Assembly (NCBI GenBank): GCA_964449065.1 | Contig: CAYVAZ010000007.1 | Span: forward strand, 1 to 37,629 | From: an uncultured bacterium | GTDB lineage: Bacteria > Hinthialibacterota > Hinthialibacteria > Hinthialibacterales > Hinthialibacteraceae | Reading direction: 5' to 3' | DNA length: 37,629 nucleotides | Part shown: positions 16,414 through 25,586 of the stretch, piece after piece | Position numbering within the stretch: position 1 is the stretch's first letter | Layout of the letters: every line of letters starts with the position of its first letter | Notes under the pieces: generated by a model | What the model was told of the DNA's origin: nothing | The model's input: only the letters and a program-made list of their open reading frames with translations | Database searches by the model: none | Program-made: the position numbers and the translations under genes

Positions 16414-16959
16414 ATGAAAAAATTATTCGCTCTGATTATCGCTATCGCCAGTCTTGTGGTTTTGCTTCAACCGCAGCAGGTTTCCATCGGGCAGGAAGAC
16501 GAGCCGGAATTTGTTGGTGTAACCAAATGCAAGCTTTGCCACAATAGACGATCCACCGGAAAATTTTTGGACAATTGGGAAGAAAGCGTCCACGCCAAAG
16601 CGTTTGATTTATTAAATGACGAGGAAAAGAAGAACCCCGAATGCTTAAAATGCCATACCACAGGCTACGGCAAACCCGGCGGGTTTGTCAGTTTGGAAGA
16701 AACCCCGAAAATGACCAGCGTGCAATGCGAAATGTGCCACGGCCCGGCGGAAAAACATGTGAAGTCCAAAAAAGATGATGTCATTCCATCACCATGGAAA
16801 CCGGAAGCCAAACGCTGTGAAACCTGCCATCAAGAAGAAGGCAATCCAAACTGGGATCCGGAAAAATACACCAAACCGGATGGAACCAAAACCGGGTTCT
16901 ACTATGAAGAAGCCGTCAAGAAAGTTAACCACAGCGCCATTTTAGAAGACAAAAAATAA
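16414..16959 (+). CDS. Periplasmic tetraheme cytochrome c (c554-like domain)
   Basis: Signal peptide MKKLFALIIAIASLVVLL; 'FVGVTKCKLCH..W..S.HAKA..L...CLKCHTTGYG.PGGF...VQCEMCHGP..H...CETCH'; AGGAGG RBS. Confidence 0.9.
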   Translation: MKKLFALIIAIASLVVLLQPQQVSIGQEDEPEFVGVTKCKLCHNRRSTGKFLDNWEESVHAKAFDLLNDEEKKNPECLKCHTTGYGKPGGFVSLEETPKMTSVQCEMCHGPAEKHVKSKKDDVIPSPWKPEAKRCETCHQEEGNPNWDPEKYTKPDGTKTGFYYEEAVKKVNHSAILEDKK

Positions 16960-16987
16960 GTTGAAAAGAAACCGATTGGATTGCTGA

Positions 16988-18406
16988 GTGAACATGCATA
17001 ACAACACTACAACATCGACGATAAAGCATCATGATCAGCGTTCGCTGATCATGATGCTTTTGATTGTTTTCACGGTTCAAATGGGCTGGAGCCAGGAACA
17101 GGAAGGAAGCGGGAAAGTTGATTCCGCTACACCATCTTGGTTCAGCCAAATGGATATCTCGGGAACCTATCACTTCACCTATCAGTTTCGCAATACCGGC
17201 AGCGTTGATGACAACGATCTGTTTCAATATCTATCCCTGAATGTCAAAAACGTATGGAAAGACCGCATTGATATGCACTTTTCCATGCTGTGGCACGAAG
17301 ACTTGGATGACGATTCCGATTTACGAAGTTTTGACAATTTCGACCCGTTTTTGGATATTGATCAAGCCAACAACAATGCGGTTCGGGTCTTCACCGGTTA
17401 TGCCAACGTGAAAGACTTGGTTTTCGATGACAGCGAACTTCGTTTGGGGCGGCAATACTTCGAAGAGATTGATCACGTACACTTTGACGGCGCCGCGTAT
17501 ACCTTCGAACCCATTGACCGTTTGGAGGTGGCACTCTTCGGCGGGGAACCGGTGGCGTTTTATTCCTCCACGGCGGGAGACGCGGTTTACGGCACCAACC
17601 TTGCTTACCGCTTCACCCCTCAAACCAAAGCGGCCTTGCGCTATTACCGCTATGACGCCGACCCGTTTACGGATGATCTGGCCGCCGCGGAAATCTGGCA
17701 CTTGTTGAATCAATCCATCCAAGCCCATGCCGAATTTTCGTTACTGGACGGGAAGCCGTACATTCTCCAGGGAGACCTGCTCACCCGGTTCGATGCCATC
17801 GATTTGGACACCACCTTCCAAATCGTGCATCTGTTTGAGTCGATAGCCGATCAAACCTTAAATTTCAATCCGGTATTCCCGTTGTTGAACTCACACGAAC
17901 CATTCACACGGGTGTCTGTAAATACCATAAAAGGGATGGGGGATTATTGGAGTTTGACCGCGGGAATTGATGTGCTGGAAGCCGAACAAGCGGATGCGGT
18001 TACCAACTTCACCAACCGTGACTTTCAACGGTATTCGGCCGGCGTGGAAGTATACCCCATCGAAACCGTGACCGTTAGTGTATCCGGTGAATATTGGGAT
18101 GTGGATCCGAACGATGAATTCACCGGCATCACCGGTGAAGTGGAATACGAACCCACGCCGAAGTGGACTCTCTCCGCCGGGGTGGATTACGGAGAGTATG
18201 TGCAGGAATTCCGCGACGAGTTTTTGTTCAATTTTGGGGACAACTCCATCTTTCGTGTCTCACCGGATGTGATTACATATTTCAGCCGCGTGCGGTGGAA
18301 ACCGAGAGAAAACGTATTTTCAAACCTTTGGTTTGAAGTGGAAGATAACGACGTAGACCAAGACGAATTTTACAGCGTTCGTGTTGAATTAGGGATTCAT
18401 TTCTAA
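16988..18406 (+). CDS. Outer-membrane beta-barrel, putative porin of a porin-cytochrome conduit
   Basis: Signal-like segment 'SLIMMLLIVFTVQMGWS'; alternating aromatic/hydrophobic strands (LRLGRQY, HFDGAAYTF, WTLSAGVDY); C-terminal beta signal YSVRVELGIHF; lies between two cytochrome genes. Exact start uncertain. Confidence 0.8.
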   Translation: MNMHNNTTTSTIKHHDQRSLIMMLLIVFTVQMGWSQEQEGSGKVDSATPSWFSQMDISGTYHFTYQFRNTGSVDDNDLFQYLSLNVKNVWKDRIDMHFSMLWHEDLDDDSDLRSFDNFDPFLDIDQANNNAVRVFTGYANVKDLVFDDSELRLGRQYFEEIDHVHFDGAAYTFEPIDRLEVALFGGEPVAFYSSTAGDAVYGTNLAYRFTPQTKAALRYYRYDADPFTDDLAAAEIWHLLNQSIQAHAEFSLLDGKPYILQGDLLTRFDAIDLDTTFQIVHLFESIADQTLNFNPVFPLLNSHEPFTRVSVNTIKGMGDYWSLTAGIDVLEAEQADAVTNFTNRDFQRYSAGVEVYPIETVTVSVSGEYWDVDPNDEFTGITGEVEYEPTPKWTLSAGVDYGEYVQEFRDEFLFNFGDNSIFRVSPDVITYFSRVRWKPRENVFSNLWFEVEDNDVDQDEFYSVRVELGIHF

Positions 18407-19347
18407 TGAGAAAAGAAACGATTACACTCAACCTGTTTTTGCTTGTCGGTATCATGATGTTCGTGGCTTCGTGCGACGAAGAGATGGTGAAGTACACCTT
18501 CCCGCACCAACCGCACCATGAGCAGGAAATGACGTGCGACATGTGCCACGAATTGGACGACAACGGTAGTATGGCCATGCCCGTCTTCGATACGTGTCTC
18601 ACCTGCCACGAAGGCGAGGCGGAGTATTTTGAAAGTTGCAACGCCTGCCACACCGACCCGCCCGCGCAGGAACTGGACGGCGATCTTCTCGTTTCCCATC
18701 AAAACCTGTTTCAAGAATACATGCCCGCTGGATGGAACGATGTGCAAATGGATCACGAAGCCTATATTGACATGGATGAAGGGAACTGTTTGGCTTGTCA
18801 TGAAGAAATTCAAAACAGCGCGCACTCTTCGTTAGCCAATCTGCCCAACATGGAACACACCATGGATTTTCATGACGAACACGGTTTATCCAACGAGTGC
18901 AGCGCCTGCCATTTGGAACTCAATAAGCTGACACCGCCGGCAAGCCATGATCAATCCTGGGACCGGCAGCACGGCTTTGCCCGCGAATTTCAAGACATGG
19001 ACAGCTGCCTGTTGTGCCACGAACAGGAGACCTGCACAACCTGTCATCAAACACAAAAACCCAGAAATCACAACAACCTTTGGCGCAAACAAACCCACGG
19101 CATACAGGCCGCGTTTGAACGCGACAGCTGCTTGGTCTGCCACCGCAACGATGAGTGCACCACATGCCACGTGGCGGCATCGCCACCCATACCCGGGGCA
19201 TCCTTCCACAATCCCAGCGCGGATTGCATGGCATGCCACGCACCGGCAGGCGCCCCACGGCCCGCAAACCGGTTTCTTAAACCCATGCCCCACCGCATGA
19301 TGATGGGCATGACGGCACAAAAATGCCTGGCCTGCCACATGTTCTAA
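18406..19347 (+). CDS. 11-heme cytochrome c lipoprotein (two c7-like modules, two diheme repeats, two C-terminal hemes)
   Basis: Lipobox FVAS-C; CxxCH motifs CDMCH, CLTCH, CNACH, CLACH, CSACH, CLLCH, CTTCH, CLVCH, CTTCH, CMACH and CLACH; TAATG overlap with the porin stop. Confidence 0.9.
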   Translation: MRKETITLNLFLLVGIMMFVASCDEEMVKYTFPHQPHHEQEMTCDMCHELDDNGSMAMPVFDTCLTCHEGEAEYFESCNACHTDPPAQELDGDLLVSHQNLFQEYMPAGWNDVQMDHEAYIDMDEGNCLACHEEIQNSAHSSLANLPNMEHTMDFHDEHGLSNECSACHLELNKLTPPASHDQSWDRQHGFAREFQDMDSCLLCHEQETCTTCHQTQKPRNHNNLWRKQTHGIQAAFERDSCLVCHRNDECTTCHVAASPPIPGASFHNPSADCMACHAPAGAPRPANRFLKPMPHRMMMGMTAQKCLACHMF

Positions 19348-19368
19348 CCGATCAATAATTGAACCGCG

Positions 19369-19399
19369 AAAGTGCCTCCTAAAATACAGGAAGCGCTTT
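19369..19399 (+). terminator. Hairpin after the cytochrome operon
   Basis: AAAGTGCCTCCT-aaaatac-AGGAAGCGCTTT, with one mismatch and one G-U pair. Confidence 0.45.
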
Positions 19400-19637
19400 A
19401 ACCCAGGTAATGCAGTTGAGGAGGGCAAAGAAGTAGAACGAGTGCGGTAAATATATGATTCTATTGATGGATTGGGGCAGAACCCGCTACAACCCTTGAT
19501 TCTATTGCCCCTTTACAGTCTCCCTTTGTCTACTGCACAATCGGGGATTATCGGCGCCAAGCCAGTTGTTGAATCTGTATTAAACAAAGGAATCGGTATA
19601 GGACTCCTGAAGAACGGCGAAATTAATAGAAGCATTT

Positions 19638-21092
19638 TTACCGGCGTTTCCAGCGCACGCCGTCCTTGGTGTCTTCCAAAATAATCCCTTTGGCGGCAAG
19701 TTCATCACGGATTTGGTCGGCGCGGGCAAAGTTTTTATCCTTGCGGGCCTGCTGTCGTTCTTCAATCAAGCGTTCAATCTCTTCATCCAGCATTTTTTCT
19801 TCTTCCTGCATCACACCTAACACAGTATCGATGGTACCCAGCACATCAAGCACTTCCTGTGCTTGTGAAGAGGGAACGCAGCCGCCATCCAGCAGTTTGT
19901 TGGCATCGCGAATAAAATCAAACAAGGCCGCCAACGCCTGTGGTGAATCCAAATCATTATCCATGTGCGAGATAAACTTCGATCGCATTTCCGCAACGGC
20001 TTGCTCCAGAGCATCCACCCGCGCACTGTCCTGTCCGGCAGAAACCAGTTCCTGCAAGCGGGTACGGAAATCCATAATCCGGCTCCATGCCGCGTGAGCC
20101 GCTTGCAGCGATTCTTCCATCATATTCAGCGGACTGCGGTAATGGCCGGAGATCAGAAAATAGCGAATCGCCATCGGATGATGGCCTTTGTCCATTAGAT
20201 CGCGAAGGGTGTAAAAGTTTCCCTTTGATTTTGACATCTTTTCGCCATCCACCATCAAATGGCGGCAGTGCAGCCAATAGTTCACGAAGTTTTTGCAGGT
20301 ACATGCTTCACTCTGCGCGATCTCATTTTCATGATGCGGAAAAATCAGGTCTTCCCCCCCGCAATGGATATCAAACTGTTCGCCCAAATACTTCACCGCC
20401 ATCACCGAGCACTCGATATGCCAACCGGGGCGGCCATCGCCCAGTTCGGTATCCCAGGAATGTTCTCCTTCTTTTTTGGCCTTCCACAACACAAAATCGC
20501 GCGCGTCTTCTTTTTCGTATTCATCCGAGTCAATCCGCGCGCCCGACATCACCGAGTCCGGCTGAATTCCAGAAAGTTTCCCATATTTATCGAACGTGGA
20601 TATTTTGAAGTATGTCGACCCATCCCGCTCGTAGGTATGTCCTTTTTCGCGCAGGATTTTCACCATCCCAACGATGTCCTCGATATGCTCAGTCGCTTTG
20701 GGATAGTGATCCGCGTGCTCGATGTTTAAGGCGTCAAAGTCTTCAAAAAACGCTTGAATGTAGGGTTGAGTATACTCAAAAATGGATTGCCCCTTTTCTT
20801 GCGCGGCGGCGATGATTTTATCTTCCACATCCGTCAGGTTCATCACATGACGCACTTCATACCCGCGAAACGTCATATAACGCTTCAGCAAATCTTCAAA
20901 CACGAAGGTGCGAAAATTTCCAATATGCGCGTAGTTGTATACGGTTGGGCCACAGGTATACAAACCAACCTTTCGTTCTTGGAGCGGTTTAAATTCTTCT
21001 TTGCGGTTGTTTAAGGTATTGTGAAATACAATACGTGTAGTATCGATCTTGGTCGCGGGGTCTTGCACATCGTTTAAACTTTCGGTACTCAT
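19638..21092 (-). CDS. cysS: Cysteine--tRNA ligase
   Basis: YTCGPTVYNYAHIGN, DFVLWK, GRPGWHIECS, FPHHENEIAQ and KMSKSKGN. Confidence 0.98.
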   Translation of the reverse strand: MSTESLNDVQDPATKIDTTRIVFHNTLNNRKEEFKPLQERKVGLYTCGPTVYNYAHIGNFRTFVFEDLLKRYMTFRGYEVRHVMNLTDVEDKIIAAAQEKGQSIFEYTQPYIQAFFEDFDALNIEHADHYPKATEHIEDIVGMVKILREKGHTYERDGSTYFKISTFDKYGKLSGIQPDSVMSGARIDSDEYEKEDARDFVLWKAKKEGEHSWDTELGDGRPGWHIECSVMAVKYLGEQFDIHCGGEDLIFPHHENEIAQSEACTCKNFVNYWLHCRHLMVDGEKMSKSKGNFYTLRDLMDKGHHPMAIRYFLISGHYRSPLNMMEESLQAAHAAWSRIMDFRTRLQELVSAGQDSARVDALEQAVAEMRSKFISHMDNDLDSPQALAALFDFIRDANKLLDGGCVPSSQAQEVLDVLGTIDTVLGVMQEEEKMLDEEIERLIEERQQARKDKNFARADQIRDELAAKGIILEDTKDGVRWKRR

Positions 21093-21130
21093 TCAATCTA
21101 ACTCCAAACGTTGGTCTTCTCTCGATCGGT

Positions 21131-21787
21131 TTATAATTCCCGAATTCGCACGTTGCGGTATTCAACCCAACTGCCTTCGCCGGCGTGCGAATCTTGCAAT
21201 CCGATGTAACCGCTTGCAGGTTTACCGCGCAGTGCTTCCACTTCAGCGGTATCAATATCGACGGTGTTGATTCCATCCACAAACACCATAATGCGCGACT
21301 TTTTACACAAGATTTCATACGAATGCCAGACTTCCGGGCTTTCATCCGGGCGCGGGTTTGCTGGAACATACCCATAAAGGCTTCCCGTGCAATGCAGGGC
21401 ATCGCGCGGGGGCTGCTCGTTCGATATTTGTGCTTCGTATCCCGTTTCCCATGGGTTGCCTTCTTCCGGGCAACGGAAGAACACGCCGCTATTGCCGCCG
21501 GGCGAGACGCGGTACTCCAACCGCAGCACAAAATCGCCGTACTGCTCCTTCGTACGGATCCAGTCGCCGCCTTTTCCGCCTTCGCTGCGCAGGACGTCTC
21601 CCATTTCCGTAAACCCTTCAGGATTGCCTATAATCACCCAGTTATCCAAGTCATCATCTTCATACAGCCACTGGATATCGGTTTCAACATCTTCCCACTT
21701 GGGCAGACTGGAATTCCCAATCAGCGGAAGGTTTTCCCAGCATCCCATCAAACAAATGGGTATAATAAAAATCAATAAACGGCGCAT
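21131..21787 (-). CDS. DUF1080 (3-keto-disaccharide hydrolase-like) lipoprotein
   Basis: Lipobox LMG-C after MRRLL; 'YGDFVLRLEY...GGNSGVFFR', 'GYEAQI', 'TGSLYG', 'GYIGLQ.H...VEYRNVRIREL'. Confidence 0.88.
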   Translation of the reverse strand: MRRLLIFIIPICLMGCWENLPLIGNSSLPKWEDVETDIQWLYEDDDLDNWVIIGNPEGFTEMGDVLRSEGGKGGDWIRTKEQYGDFVLRLEYRVSPGGNSGVFFRCPEEGNPWETGYEAQISNEQPPRDALHCTGSLYGYVPANPRPDESPEVWHSYEILCKKSRIMVFVDGINTVDIDTAEVEALRGKPASGYIGLQDSHAGEGSWVEYRNVRIREL

Positions 21788-21825
21788 GGCTTCCTCCATG
21801 ATGTCTTTTGATTCAATCAACGTGT

Positions 21826-24192
21826 TTATGTTGCGATGGTCAGTCCAACTTCACCCCGCCAGGCTTGACGAAGTTTTTCCAATTCAATATGGATGATTTG
21901 ATTCCCATCGCTGGCAGTAACTTGCAGAGAGGGCGTATTTGTCGTCTTCCCAATCAAAACAGAATCAATCCCATACCCCTTGTATACATCGCAAACCGCC
22001 TCGACTTGCGCGGAATCTATTTCTAAAAGCATACCGCTGGATTCGGAAAATAAAATCTTCTCTACCGGAAATTCAGATTGGATGGAACGGAAATCCAGTA
22101 TCATTCCGGTTTGTTGATACGGCGATGCAGTCAAAAGCATTTCTGCCGCGGAGGTCAATAAACCACCGCTGGATATATCATGCGCGGATAGCACCAAACC
22201 TTTGTTGATTGCAGCAATTGTTCCATAAATAATGCCGCGTTCTTCTTCATAACGAACTTTCGGAACATTCGCTCCTATTCCGGCCCCCGTGGCCCGGTAA
22301 AATTCCGACCCGCCCAGTTCATCATAGCGCTTTCCTATCAGCATAATGGTATTGCCCGGAGATTTTACTTCCATCGTAACCGCACGGGCTGCATCTTCAA
22401 TCACGCCAACACATGCAACAATGGGTGAGGGAGGGATCGATTTCCCGGTGGATGAATGATTGTAGAGTGAGACATTTCCCGAAACAAACGCGATGGGATT
22501 TCGGTCCAAATCATTGGGATCGTATAAATGGCTAGCCGCATCCGCCAATCCCTGCACCCCCTGTTCCAACTGCCAAAAGTGTTCGGGCACTTCCGGATTT
22601 CCGAAATTGAGGCAATCGGTAAGGGCACGAGGTTGGGCGCCGACTGCGGCTACGTTCCGCATGACTTCCGCAACCGCATTCGCGGCACCGTCAAACGGTG
22701 AGATTTCACCATAAAATGGGTTGCCTGCTACCGCCAATGCCATACCAGCCCGGCAGCCATCAATGGGAGTAATAACACTGGCATCGGCCTCGCCCCGGCG
22801 AATCATGGAAAGCCCCAAAACTTCTGTATCATAATGACGGTAAATCCACTCTTTACTGGTGCGGTTGGGGGATGACATCATTTTCAAAAAGACATCATTG
22901 AAATTGTCTACCGATAGTGAATCCGGTTCAGAAAATGCGCTTTGCGGCGCTTTGGATTCTCTTTCATACCGTATCCCGCTGACCACAAAATCGATCGGCA
23001 GATCTACTATCATGTTGCCTTGATGCCGTACCCGCATGGTTTGCTCTTTGATCACTTTTCCGATCACACGCGCGCCGGCACCGGAACAAATGGAAGGCAA
23101 ATCCCAATCTTGGTTGTATACCCTCAAAACCTCTTCGGAAAATTCCGGCGGTACCGCCCAAATAAACCGCTCTTGGGTTTCAGCGCATAGAATCACTTCC
23201 GGCGGCAGATACTCTTCTTCCACATGCACATCATCCAGGTTGATTTCTAAACCGAACCCGCCGCTGGCCGCGATTTCGGATGCACAGCAGGCAATCCCGC
23301 CCGCGCCCAGATCTTTCATACCAATAGTGTGCCCCAATTCTCTCGCGCGGGTGCGAACCTGTTGGTTGGCTTTGTAGTGCAGCAGCACATTCTTCAAAAA
23401 GGGGTCGGGAATCTGCACGGCCCCTTTGTTGTCTTCTTCCGCGTCCTGGTCGAGTGTCGCCGATGAAAACGATGCCCCGCCAAAGCCGGACCGGTCGGTT
23501 GGTTTGCCTGCTAAAATGATGTCATATCCTTCCCCATTTGAAGGAACACGGCTGTGGATAATTTCGCTTTCTTTTAAGATGCCCACCGCGACAACGTTAA
23601 CCAAACAGTTGTCATCATAGCCTTCATGAAACACCACGTCTCCGCCCAAGTTGGGAATGCCCAAGGCATTGCCGTAATGCCAAATGCCTTCTACCACACC
23701 CTCGCAGATGGATTTGGTACGGTCGGCATATCTCCCATTGGGATCGCCAAAGCGCAGGGGGTCAGCAATACCGATCAGCGATGCCCCCATGCAATCCACA
23801 TCACGCACAATGCCGCCAATGCCGGTGGCAGCCCCTTCAAACGGAAGCACTTGCGAAGGATGGTTATGGCTTTCATGCGCGAACACAATGCCGTAGCGCT
23901 CTCCATCCACTGTGGTGAAATAAACGATACCCGCATCTTCTTCTGGTCCTTGAATGACAAAGCGGCTATCGGTTGGGAGATAGTTTTTTAACAGATGCTT
24001 GCTGCTTTTGTATGAACAGTGCTCGCTCCATTCGATATCGAAAACAAACAGTTCCGCCAATGTCGGAACACGGCCGATCTTTTCTTTGATCGATGCCGCT
24101 TCTTCCGGCTTTAACTTCAAACCAAATGATTGCAGGGCATTTTGTAACGTATCAATATCAGAAAACGCTTTGTCAGGAAATACAGTGCTCAT
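21826..24192 (-). CDS. purL: Phosphoribosylformylglycinamidine synthase subunit PurL (small form)
   Basis: WSEHCSYKSS, ESHNHPS, GAATGIGGIVRD, DLGAGG, ETQER, TDCLNFGNP and SGNVSLYN. Confidence 0.97.
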   Translation of the reverse strand: MSTVFPDKAFSDIDTLQNALQSFGLKLKPEEAASIKEKIGRVPTLAELFVFDIEWSEHCSYKSSKHLLKNYLPTDSRFVIQGPEEDAGIVYFTTVDGERYGIVFAHESHNHPSQVLPFEGAATGIGGIVRDVDCMGASLIGIADPLRFGDPNGRYADRTKSICEGVVEGIWHYGNALGIPNLGGDVVFHEGYDDNCLVNVVAVGILKESEIIHSRVPSNGEGYDIILAGKPTDRSGFGGASFSSATLDQDAEEDNKGAVQIPDPFLKNVLLHYKANQQVRTRARELGHTIGMKDLGAGGIACCASEIAASGGFGLEINLDDVHVEEEYLPPEVILCAETQERFIWAVPPEFSEEVLRVYNQDWDLPSICSGAGARVIGKVIKEQTMRVRHQGNMIVDLPIDFVVSGIRYERESKAPQSAFSEPDSLSVDNFNDVFLKMMSSPNRTSKEWIYRHYDTEVLGLSMIRRGEADASVITPIDGCRAGMALAVAGNPFYGEISPFDGAANAVAEVMRNVAAVGAQPRALTDCLNFGNPEVPEHFWQLEQGVQGLADAASHLYDPNDLDRNPIAFVSGNVSLYNHSSTGKSIPPSPIVACVGVIEDAARAVTMEVKSPGNTIMLIGKRYDELGGSEFYRATGAGIGANVPKVRYEEERGIIYGTIAAINKGLVLSAHDISSGGLLTSAAEMLLTASPYQQTGMILDFRSIQSEFPVEKILFSESSGMLLEIDSAQVEAVCDVYKGYGIDSVLIGKTTNTPSLQVTASDGNQIIHIELEKLRQAWRGEVGLTIAT

Positions 24193-24251
24193 GAAATATC
24201 CTTAAACTTTTCAATAACCGATTATCCATTATCCATTATAAACCGTTTTTG

Positions 24252-25586
24252 TTAGAACTCGCTTGAGTAGGTTGTGGGAATCGCCATTTGCGATTCGGCA
24301 CGAAACGAGGATTCTTTGGCAAGTTCGCCAACAGAGCGCATGCGAATGTTAATTAAAAATCCCACCGCCATCATGTTGGTAAGCATGAACGTACCACCGT
24401 AGGAAATAAACGTTAACGGTAGACCGGTCACCGGCAGCAAACCGGTCACCATCCCCACATTGATGAAAATGTGAGAGAAAAACATCGCCACAATTCCCAC
24501 CGCAAGCAACGAACCTTGCAGCGCTTTGGTTTCAATGGCGGTATCGATCCCCCGCATGAGCAGCAGCAAAAATAAAACCAATAGAATCATTGTACCGATA
24601 AACCCGAACTGCTCACCAATAGTCGGGAAAATAAAGTCATGCTCATATTCCGGCAAAAACCCATGCGTGCTTTGAGTGCCTTTGCCGAACCCTTTGCCGT
24701 GCATGCCGCCCGAACCCAACGCGATTTTGGATTGATTGATATTCCAATTCGAACTTTTCAAGTTTATGTCCGGATTCAAATACACTTCAACGCGTTCTTT
24801 TTGATGATCCGGCAGTTTTTCCCAAATGGATTGGCCATAATGAAACACGCCAATATACGCAACGACAGATACGGCCAAACATGTTGACCATACTGTCCAG
24901 GGGACTCGGTTAAGAATAGACAGAAGCAAAAGCGTACAAATACTGATAAACCAAATTAAAATGAAAAAGAGATTATGGCTGATAGCCAACAAGCACAAAA
25001 GGGGAGAAAAGAGCAATAAGATAAAGGGTACCGGCAACCCGGCGGCTATCATCATAACCAAGGTGACCGGCCCAAAGATAATGGCGGTTCCCAAATCGGG
25101 TTGTTTTAAGATTAATAAAGAGGGAAGCAGTCCGATTGCCAAGGGTTTTAATACATCCAAAAGGCCGTTCCAATATTCCCTGCGCGAAGCCAATACCTGC
25201 GAGAGAAATAAAATAACAGCCAATTTTGCCAATTCTGATGGTTGAATGGATAATCCGCCGAGACGAATCCAAGAGTAGGCTCCTTTTTTGTATTGCCCCA
25301 ATCCGGTGAAACACAATATCAAAAGAATGACAGCAAGTATATAAAACACAAATGAATAACGGACAAAGAATTGGTAATCGATAAAGATGATAATCCCCAT
25401 GATCACCAAACCGAGCAGCACTTTTGTCAATTGGCTAAACCACAATGTCTGCATCCATTTTCCTTCATCGAGTGAAGCAGACGCACCGGCAATGGCGATC
25501 AATCCGTAAACGATTAACGCGGCACAAATGCCGAAAAGCAGATAATCAAAGCGGAATATGTCTTTTAATGAAAGCATGTTCGTCAC
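24252..25586 (-). CDS. rodA: Rod shape-determining SEDS glycosyltransferase RodA
   Basis: IQPSELAK, KQPDLGTA, QSKIALGSGG..GKG, FLPE..HDFIF and LPVTGLPLTFISYGG; located downstream of PBP2. Confidence 0.95.
   Translation of the reverse strand: MTNMLSLKDIFRFDYLLFGICAALIVYGLIAIAGASASLDEGKWMQTLWFSQLTKVLLGLVIMGIIIFIDYQFFVRYSFVFYILAVILLILCFTGLGQYKKGAYSWIRLGGLSIQPSELAKLAVILFLSQVLASRREYWNGLLDVLKPLAIGLLPSLLILKQPDLGTAIIFGPVTLVMMIAAGLPVPFILLLFSPLLCLLAISHNLFFILIWFISICTLLLLSILNRVPWTVWSTCLAVSVVAYIGVFHYGQSIWEKLPDHQKERVEVYLNPDINLKSSNWNINQSKIALGSGGMHGKGFGKGTQSTHGFLPEYEHDFIFPTIGEQFGFIGTMILLVLFLLLLMRGIDTAIETKALQGSLLAVGIVAMFFSHIFINVGMVTGLLPVTGLPLTFISYGGTFMLTNMMAVGFLINIRMRSVGELAKESSFRAESQMAIPTTYSSEF

Noticed and set aside
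16988..19347. Naming the porin and cytochrome mtrB/mtrA or omcB
   Set aside because: The barrel is much shorter than MtrB and the heme number and spacing differ from decaheme MtrA/MtrC; orthology cannot be supported without searches.
19470..19515. CAACCCTTGATTCTATTG within an imperfect GGGGCA..TGCCCC hairpin, reminiscent of integrative-element ends
   Set aside because: No tRNA, integrase or second att copy is present in the window; it is more simply a terminator-like hairpin between convergent genes.
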